From the NCBI GenBank assembly GCA_018652955.1, contig JABIBA010000013.1, positions 232,121-296,120 on the forward strand: DNA of 64,000 nucleotides, written 5' to 3'. Source of the stretch: Candidatus Peribacter sp. (lineage in GTDB: Bacteria > Patescibacteriota > Gracilibacteria > Peribacterales > Peribacteraceae). The notes below the pieces were generated by a model. The model was not told where the DNA came from. It made no database searches and saw only the letters and a list, made by a program, of their open reading frames with translations. A program made the translations under genes and the position numbers. Positions within the stretch are counted from its first letter, which is position 1. Each line of letters opens with the position of its first letter. Below, piece by piece: positions 59,101-64,000 of the stretch.

Positions 59101-62100
59101 TAGAAACTAATCTTGAGGGATTTAACACAAGCAATCTGCATAGCAGGATAAAAGCTAGAGACCTCCTAACAAAGAAAACACCAAAAACTCTTATTACACG
59201 TTCCATGCGTAATGTTATGGTTCTCTATCTTGCCAACCTTAAAGAGCAGCGGTTTGTTGGTGCCTACCAAATGAAAAAGGATGCAGAGAGGATCCTTGCT
59301 TTGCAAGCAAGGCCCATGGAGCAGTTGAGAATAGATCTATATACGAAACAAGATCAAATAGCTGCCTTACATAAGGACGAAGCTTCAAAAGATGATATAG
59401 GAAAAGCAAATGCCGAATTAGAGGTTATTTCTACGAAGATAAATATATTAGATAGAGAACTTACTACGTATCGTGAAGCTGTAGTAGCTGCGAATAGTCT
59501 TCTTACGCGCATGGGAGAAGATAAATTATTTGGTGTAAAACTTTCTGAACTCGACCCAGAAAAATTGAGCACTCATAATTCAAGAGCAATGACGATACTC
59601 TTAAAGCTTGGTGATAATGAACGATCAAAAATTCGAACACCTGGTCGAACAAAAAGCATTGCAACGGACTACCTCAGCGATGTTGATAGGGCTCTGTGGA
59701 AGAAGATGGATATCGTCAATCCTACAAAAGATGGACCAGTAAAAGGATCATTCTCCTTTACCTCCGCTGCTGAGCGTAAAAATGCGTATGGGTATCTAAC
59801 CGGAGACCCTGTACTTGGATGGGAGGTTGGGAAGCTGTATGCCATGGATCCTAAAACACCAGGATATAAAAAAGTATCTTCTGGTACAGAGTACGCTGTT
59901 GCCAGTTTGGCATTTGCATCTGCTGGTGTTGGTGAGAAGAAGCATAGGCAAGAGCTCTTCTCTCGTGCGTATGGAAATCTTACGTCAGCTGAAAGGAGCG
60001 CAAACCCTACGAGAGCTGAGCAGATTGAAAAGTGGTACGTGAAGGGTCTTCCTGCGGGGTACTCTAGAGAGCGTGTTACCCAAGCTGCTGAAAACTTCTT
60101 CCGTATACGTGGGGATGAATCCTTTAGACGAAACACAGACTGGGAGAAAATGCTCTTTGAAGATGGTGAGTATCCTCCAACAGTGATTACTTCTGTAAGT
60201 AATTACGGTGCTGATAAGGCGCTTGAACAAGAAGACCCAGACAAGTACGAAGAGCAACTGCGCATTGCGAAGCATCGCAACAAAAGAGTCAAAGACGCAT
60301 CTGAAGGATTGTACAAAAGCTTGCCTGCAAACCATCCAATCTTTACTAAGAAGAACCTTAAGTCCATCGTTTTCCAAGAAGATCATCATGTACGTGAAAA
60401 AATGGTACGAAATGATGGGGAATTATTCGCAACGCAGGATTCACAGGAGTTGGACCACGTAGTTGTTGCAACAGCATTCTTTGTTGATGAGCAGGGGCGT
60501 TCGTTTGTGTTACGCAATGCAGCGGTGATTTACAAGAATCCATATATTGTTAATGCAGATGAACGTAATGCACATACATTGGAGCATATTGAATATGGTA
60601 ACTGGTTGCTGAATGCAGGAATCGATTATCCAACAGATCGCAATAAAGCAGCAGTGCTCAGCTCTGTTGAACGTATCAGTTCTCGTCGCATTACAGAGGA
60701 ATCTGTAGAGCTTTCTCAGATACATAATGAGCAAACTCCGGAGAGCGCACTGCCGGGATACGAAAGAGATCCTTCTATAGAAATGGCTCTGTATCATGGC
60801 AAAGAACAGTCTCCTCTGTTGTACCTTTCTGTAATGAAGAACAAGGATGGTTCTCCTGCTTTGAAATTTGAATCAAACTCTCCTGAATTTGAGATGCTAC
60901 AAGGCCTGGCTATTCCTGCACATCGTGACCCTGGTATGCCATACGAAAGGAACCCCGATGCAGTATTTGTAGAGTTTGCAACAGCACAAGACGGAAACAT
61001 TACTGCTATTGCTTCCTACGTCACTACGAGTGGAGGCAAGACACGTAGACTTTCTACTGTTCGTAGAAATGCATCAGTGGCAACAAGAACAGAGAAGAAT
61101 GAAGATGGAAGCTGGAAACAGTGGACATATATAACTGGTGAAACAGTGCACGGTGCTCGGCTGAAAGACGTTGCTAGTCTGCGAAAGCAATTTGGTGACC
61201 CAGAAAAAATCGGTACAGAAATCTCCACTACATTGAAGCAGCGCAACCAAGAAGACATCGCTGATGTCGTGCAGCAGCTTGATCGCAGAGGTAGTTCAAA
61301 TCAGTTGTCACCATACAAATTTGTAAACGCAGGTCTTGAATATGATGGTGTCGGAGAGCCAAAGATTGTTCACGCTCTTACACTCAATGATGAAGCGACA
61401 GGGAAGAAGGCAACGGTTCTTTACACTGCACGAAGAAGAGAGAATTTGTTTACGCCACAAACATCGAAGCGCACTATGAACGTTAAAGGAGAGAAAAAGG
61501 ATGTGCATATGGTGATGCCAAGTGACCGTACCAATGGTATCGAATCCTATCGTATTCACTTTGATGCGTCTGGTGGAGAAGATGTACCTGCAGATGAGTT
61601 TGTTACTTTTGGTAGTGTGCACGAAATATTCCAAAGTGCTCGATACACCTTTGCACAACGTGAGAGGATATTAGCGATAATGACAACACCACTTGGTAGT
61701 CCAGAAGTGTCTATCGAAAGAATACTCCAACTCTTCCCATACGAAATAAACGCTAAGGGAGAAAGTACTTCTAAGCTTCTTATGGATAAGCTACTACCGT
61801 TTTATAATGCAGCAGCTGATAAGCAGGTTTTCCTAAGAGAGCTACTTGAAAGTCTTATGCAGCGTGGTGGAATCTATGAGTCAGAAATAAATTCCATATT
61901 TATGGAAGAGCGCATCACTCTTAATCCTGATGGAGAGACAGAATACCTAATTTGGGGTGGGCATTTGGTGATTAATATTGATGCAGAAGAACGTGTACAT
62001 CTTTCGGTAAAACAAAAAGGCAAAATTCTTCAGCCACCAGAGGGAACAGTATCACTGAGTGGTGTCCCACAAAGAACGGACGGCACGTATAGCCTTGGAG

Positions 62101-64000
62101 ATATTGTCTCTAGACAAAAAGGTGCCAGCAATAGCGTTATCCTTCACGTAGAAGTTCCTGGCATGGCAAAGTCTCATCGTCCAGTAAAGCTGCTGACATA
62201 CGAAAGAGATACAGAGAAGAGAGAGAAGGTTCTTGGTACTACAGAATTACGGTCTAAGACTGTTCGGGTTGATTACGCTAATAGTATGCGAAAGACCACA
62301 ATGCACAATGAAAATGGTGTAAAACAAGATGCGTACATACAAATGACTGAAGGTGCTAATTTTGGAAGTAAAGGTGCCACTGGGTCATATGAACTCCCTG
62401 ATGGAACCAAGAGGAAATACACTAAGTTTGGCCCAAGAGCTAACTTTATAAGAGTGACGAATAAGGATGGAGATGAACTCTCTTCAATGTACTTCGCGAA
62501 TGGAAAAATGCTTCGCTATAGACTCTCAAGCGCATTTGGCGGTGACAGAAGTAAGTTAGCTGAAGCATGTAATAATGATCCAGAGATCATGCGAATGTAC
62601 AGTAAGCTTTCTAGGAATCTGCATACTCATCTTACACAGCCTTCCACAGAAACAGATCCTTCTAATGAAAAAGCATACTTTGCTCCTTTGATGAGCGTAT
62701 TGAATCTTTATGGTGTAGATACAGAGATGGTACATAAGCGTAAGCGATTTATGGGTGCTATTCGATTGCAGTACGAAAAAGCGATTGATAAATCTATGTT
62801 CCTTACGCATCTTATTAGAAAACTAGAAGCACACTCAACATATGATGGGCAGCTTACTCTTAAGCAAGGAGAGAAGAAGGGTACATATGGAGCTGGTTCG
62901 ACGTTTGGTAGCATAGAAAAGTACCTGAGAGATGCTGTGATAAGCGATCATCTAGAAGTCGCTGCCATCAGTCCAGAAATGCCACTCGCTGAGTGTCAGA
63001 AACTTATAGATCTTCACTTTGATTTGCGTCAATACGATGACGCATTTAGACATTCTCCGGTTATAGAGTGTCAGAAAAAGTGCATCGCACTCATGCTTCA
63101 AGATCATATAAAAAAGAACAACATTACCTCATGGAATAACGCCATACTGCATGACTTCTTTGGGACTATCGACAGCGTCTTAGACAGGGCTCAGGAGATT
63201 GGACAAGGACGTATCGCTGGAAGTTATAAAATGGAAAGCACTGTGGATCCTTATGCAGACAAAGTTGCTCGAAAGGATTGGAAACGTGCTGAAGGACTGA
63301 ATACTCGTGCGCTCTATATGGGATCAAACTATACGATGCACTCTGTAATGGATTTGATGATTCACACCTATGGTGTGTCAGATAGTTCTAGGAAACAGTT
63401 TGAGTCCTTCCGAGTATCAACAGATAAAGATATGGAAAAGAAGGGGATTTACTCATTTGCCAATCTTATGAACAAGAAAGACACGAGCGTAGCTCTCCGT
63501 TCTTGGTATGGAGTCACTGATGCTAAAACAGGGCTATATTACACATTTCACATATCACCCGTGGAATTTAAGAACAAAGAAAATGTCATTACGCAGCATG
63601 GGGGAGTTATGCGTCTAATGCGATCGGATGCAGATCTTTCAGAAGATTGGGATATCGCAGGTCCATCGCTAACTCACGGTATCAATACACCGAAAGAGGA
63701 TCATCACATTCCATTGCGTGACCTTAAAAAAGAAAAAGCAAATTCATGGATTTTTAAAGACAATAAGAAATCCATTCAGCATATTCGTGGGTATAAAAGA
63801 AGTCTTGATCGAACAGGTTTCCGCAGCCTTACTGTCCCTTATGGTAAGGAGGCGGGTAATGCTTATAGCCTTCAGGCTGTAAAAGAGATCTTAGATCTCT
63901 GTGATCACGAAGTTAATTTGCAACCAGACGATAAAGAAGCAAAGAAAGAATATTGGAAGGTAGAACTCTTCTTGGGGATAAAAGAGCAGTTCTTACAGGC
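56148..64000 (+). CDS. giant hypothetical protein, at least 2617 aa, 3' truncated by window edge
   Basis: ATG 2 nt after the preceding stop (MAEKQSSNGG...). Open wherever I translated it (about 56.1-60.8 kb and the window end, ...VELFLGIKEQFLQ). The track lists no ORF in this frame, which fits a frame with no stop. Confidence 0.85.
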   Translation, partial: MAEKQSSNGGSNNTDNLRKNPSASEITNKDISTARLRIGTFEEDKGPTSVSKLEGQTSTAKHNVTVIGTYNHLMGNEDRLDALKLIKESGQETKVIYLQESASMREMMARDMHSYMKVIELYHEVNALATSEGVPLSKDQEKLRGQTRNHFAAVNSASEEFTSAQKRIIAILKENTKLKKSTDAGAPARREQLKDAYKIAQQNRIEADKKLDALLSCRSDVPGGSPEGIMPAGKLTLSLLTSLNELYKRKMDTLSKTGDRLRKLSQENQNDIANKDPLNRRDAFRELQEKMQVSLQKYLRLSGLMGRHHADRAKLGTIKKIFGEQMDTRDIDGVAKTTVDPERKEQMEAMLNERADASLQNISTHLSITKKEAVTRASAEDQFVANLAERLAHLHSAQFPPNLAGMKLIRSAIKGRYRDNVYAVIGWPIIGGEPAPFTSLHPDLQRDISRKLQSIRLKYENFVAADEMGNLEESLAATREILFRIKGKRAGWSNRELYAVGSVRSSGKRITLADVEASGEDPRHTRILVQTAFEQLRNDWDGYHTLRSQLLAEVHEVIGLHFELKGEENMHDFEMKEAGDLMDNAIQFGIAGYFIKRGLSPKTQESQQLAKVMRGKWRTAMRAERNLASTSKFARIKGLFQWIRSGRNAKYISELLKRSGFNPAQVSQLKGAKSATEFMKNLKNVAKQGGKSGDEATAIMRAVMKGDAAGAKAGLNTTKAAAKSSSRLGKFTGRAVPLLIAAYYLYEITQKFGEATEENDRGKDVMEAMGKDMEKAGFVKVEGSDYVYKHKETNTKVSLKTIQEGFDHNVNTKYLEAAGLGVGLAILGLSFAVGGPLGVVIAIGGVIIEVVIEWAIGEWQDVDTRDLLADIPPWLIVPFDVLASVNKDRDAFAALHEISSGINLTDGIERATFSKRSPEEFDKIRDKALFSVAMSDLRTQAPTVLRELFAAGKKNDVEFVNQFFEADFRKVIVPAFYKALRHEMIETNLEGFNTSNLHSRIKARDLLTKKTPKTLITRSMRNVMVLYLANLKEQRFVGAYQMKKDAERILALQARPMEQLRIDLYTKQDQIAALHKDEASKDDIGKANAELEVISTKINILDRELTTYREAVVAANSLLTRMGEDKLFGVKLSELDPEKLSTHNSRAMTILLKLGDNERSKIRTPGRTKSIATDYLSDVDRALWKKMDIVNPTKDGPVKGSFSFTSAAERKNAYGYLTGDPVLGWEVGKLYAMDPKTPGYKKVSSGTEYAVASLAFASAGVGEKKHRQELFSRAYGNLTSAERSANPTRAEQIEKWYVKGLPAGYSRERVTQAAENFFRIRGDESFRRNTDWEKMLFEDGEYPPTVITSVSNYGADKALEQEDPDKYEEQLRIAKHRNKRVKDASEGLYKSLPANHPIFTKKNLKSIVFQEDHHVREKMVRNDGELFATQDSQELDHVVVATAFFVDEQGRSFVLRNAAVIYKNPYIVNADERNAHTLEHIEYGNWLLNAGIDYPTDRNKAAVLSSVERISSRRITEESVELSQIHNEQTPESALPGYERDPSIEMALYHGKEQSPLLYLSVMKNKDGSPALKFESNSPEFEMLQGLAIPAHRDPGMPYERNPDAVFVEFATAQDGNITAIASYVTTSGGKTRRLSTVRRNASVATRTEKNEDGSWKQWTYITGETVHGARLKDVASLRKQFGDPEKIGTEISTTLKQRNQEDIADVVQQLDRRGSSNQLSPYKFVNAGLEYDGVGEPKIVHALTLNDEATGKKATVLYTARRRENLFTPQTSKRTMNVKGEKKDVHMVMPSDRTNGIESYRIHFDASGGEDVPADEFVTFGSVHEIFQSARYTFAQRERILAIMTTPLGSPEVSIERILQLFPYEINAKGESTSKLLMDKLLPFYNAAADKQVFLRELLESLMQRGGIYESEINSIFMEERITLNPDGETEYLIWGGHLVINIDAEERVHLSVKQKGKILQPPEGTVSLSGVPQRTDGTYSLGDIVSRQKGASNSVILHVEVPGMAKSHRPVKLLTYERDTEKREKVLGTTELRSKTVRVDYANSMRKTTMHNENGVKQDAYIQMTEGANFGSKGATGSYELPDGTKRKYTKFGPRANFIRVTNKDGDELSSMYFANGKMLRYRLSSAFGGDRSKLAEACNNDPEIMRMYSKLSRNLHTHLTQPSTETDPSNEKAYFAPLMSVLNLYGVDTEMVHKRKRFMGAIRLQYEKAIDKSMFLTHLIRKLEAHSTYDGQLTLKQGEKKGTYGAGSTFGSIEKYLRDAVISDHLEVAAISPEMPLAECQKLIDLHFDLRQYDDAFRHSPVIECQKKCIALMLQDHIKKNNITSWNNAILHDFFGTIDSVLDRAQEIGQGRIAGSYKMESTVDPYADKVARKDWKRAEGLNTRALYMGSNYTMHSVMDLMIHTYGVSDSSRKQFESFRVSTDKDMEKKGIYSFANLMNKKDTSVALRSWYGVTDAKTGLYYTFHISPVEFKNKENVITQHGGVMRLMRSDADLSEDWDIAGPSLTHGINTPKEDHHIPLRDLKKEKANSWIFKDNKKSIQHIRGYKRSLDRTGFRSLTVPYGKEAGNAYSLQAVKEILDLCDHEVNLQPDDKEAKKEYWKVELFLGIKEQFLQ

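Noticed and set aside
56126-62914. Short ORFs listed in the track across 56-63 kb
   Set aside because: They are antisense or off-frame shadows of the giant + strand ORF starting at 56148
1-64000. Alternative genetic code (TGA=Gly, as in Gracilibacteria/Absconditabacteria)
   Set aside because: Conserved genes are full length under code 11, and TGA acts as a genuine stop (e.g. 217-219, at the normal alpha-subunit end)
1-64000. CRISPR array, rRNA, transposase or prophage genes
   Set aside because: No regularly spaced repeats, rRNA-like sequence or recognisable mobile-element proteins seen
48152-64000. Prophage tail (tape measure) module
   Set aside because: No terminase, capsid, portal, baseplate or integrase genes recognised, and promoters look host-type; not fully excluded without the downstream sequence

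Overview
Gene-dense bacterial chromosomal segment read with standard code 11. The streamlined packing, lack of Shine-Dalgarno sites, many orphan genes and gene repertoire suggest a Patescibacteria/CPR organism, possibly Peregrinibacteria/Peribacteria-like (inference). About 60 CDS are present. Housekeeping: 2-oxoacid:ferredoxin oxidoreductase, trmD, gpmA, guaA, efp, gatB, def, nth, thyA-folA, folE/folK/folB, secD, rlmD, rlmH, uvrC, rplY, hpf. Others: envelope glycan genes, disulfide redox genes, an ECF sigma/anti-sigma pair, and tRNA-Glu(CTC) with a small integrated remnant. Main highlights: (1) a single protein fusing an alpha-L-glutamate-ligase-like ATP-grasp domain, a RimB-like retropepsin domain and a DUF1704/MATCAP-like HExxxH carboxypeptidase, next to an Ig-like + 7TM partner, i.e. 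a candidate one-protein writer/eraser peptide-tagging system; (2) a >15 kb co-oriented cluster of large orphan proteins with hydrophobic hairpins, ending in an ORF of at least 2617 aa that is missing from the ORF track; (3) SecD carrying an inserted parvulin PPIase, preceded by a stand-alone SecD-periplasmic-domain lipoprotein; (4) about 20 genes with a -10 hexamer 6-9 nt before the start codon, suggesting pervasive leaderless transcription; (5) a duplicated GTAAC-N16-CGTT ECF promoter. All family calls come from motif recognition by eye; no database searches were run.
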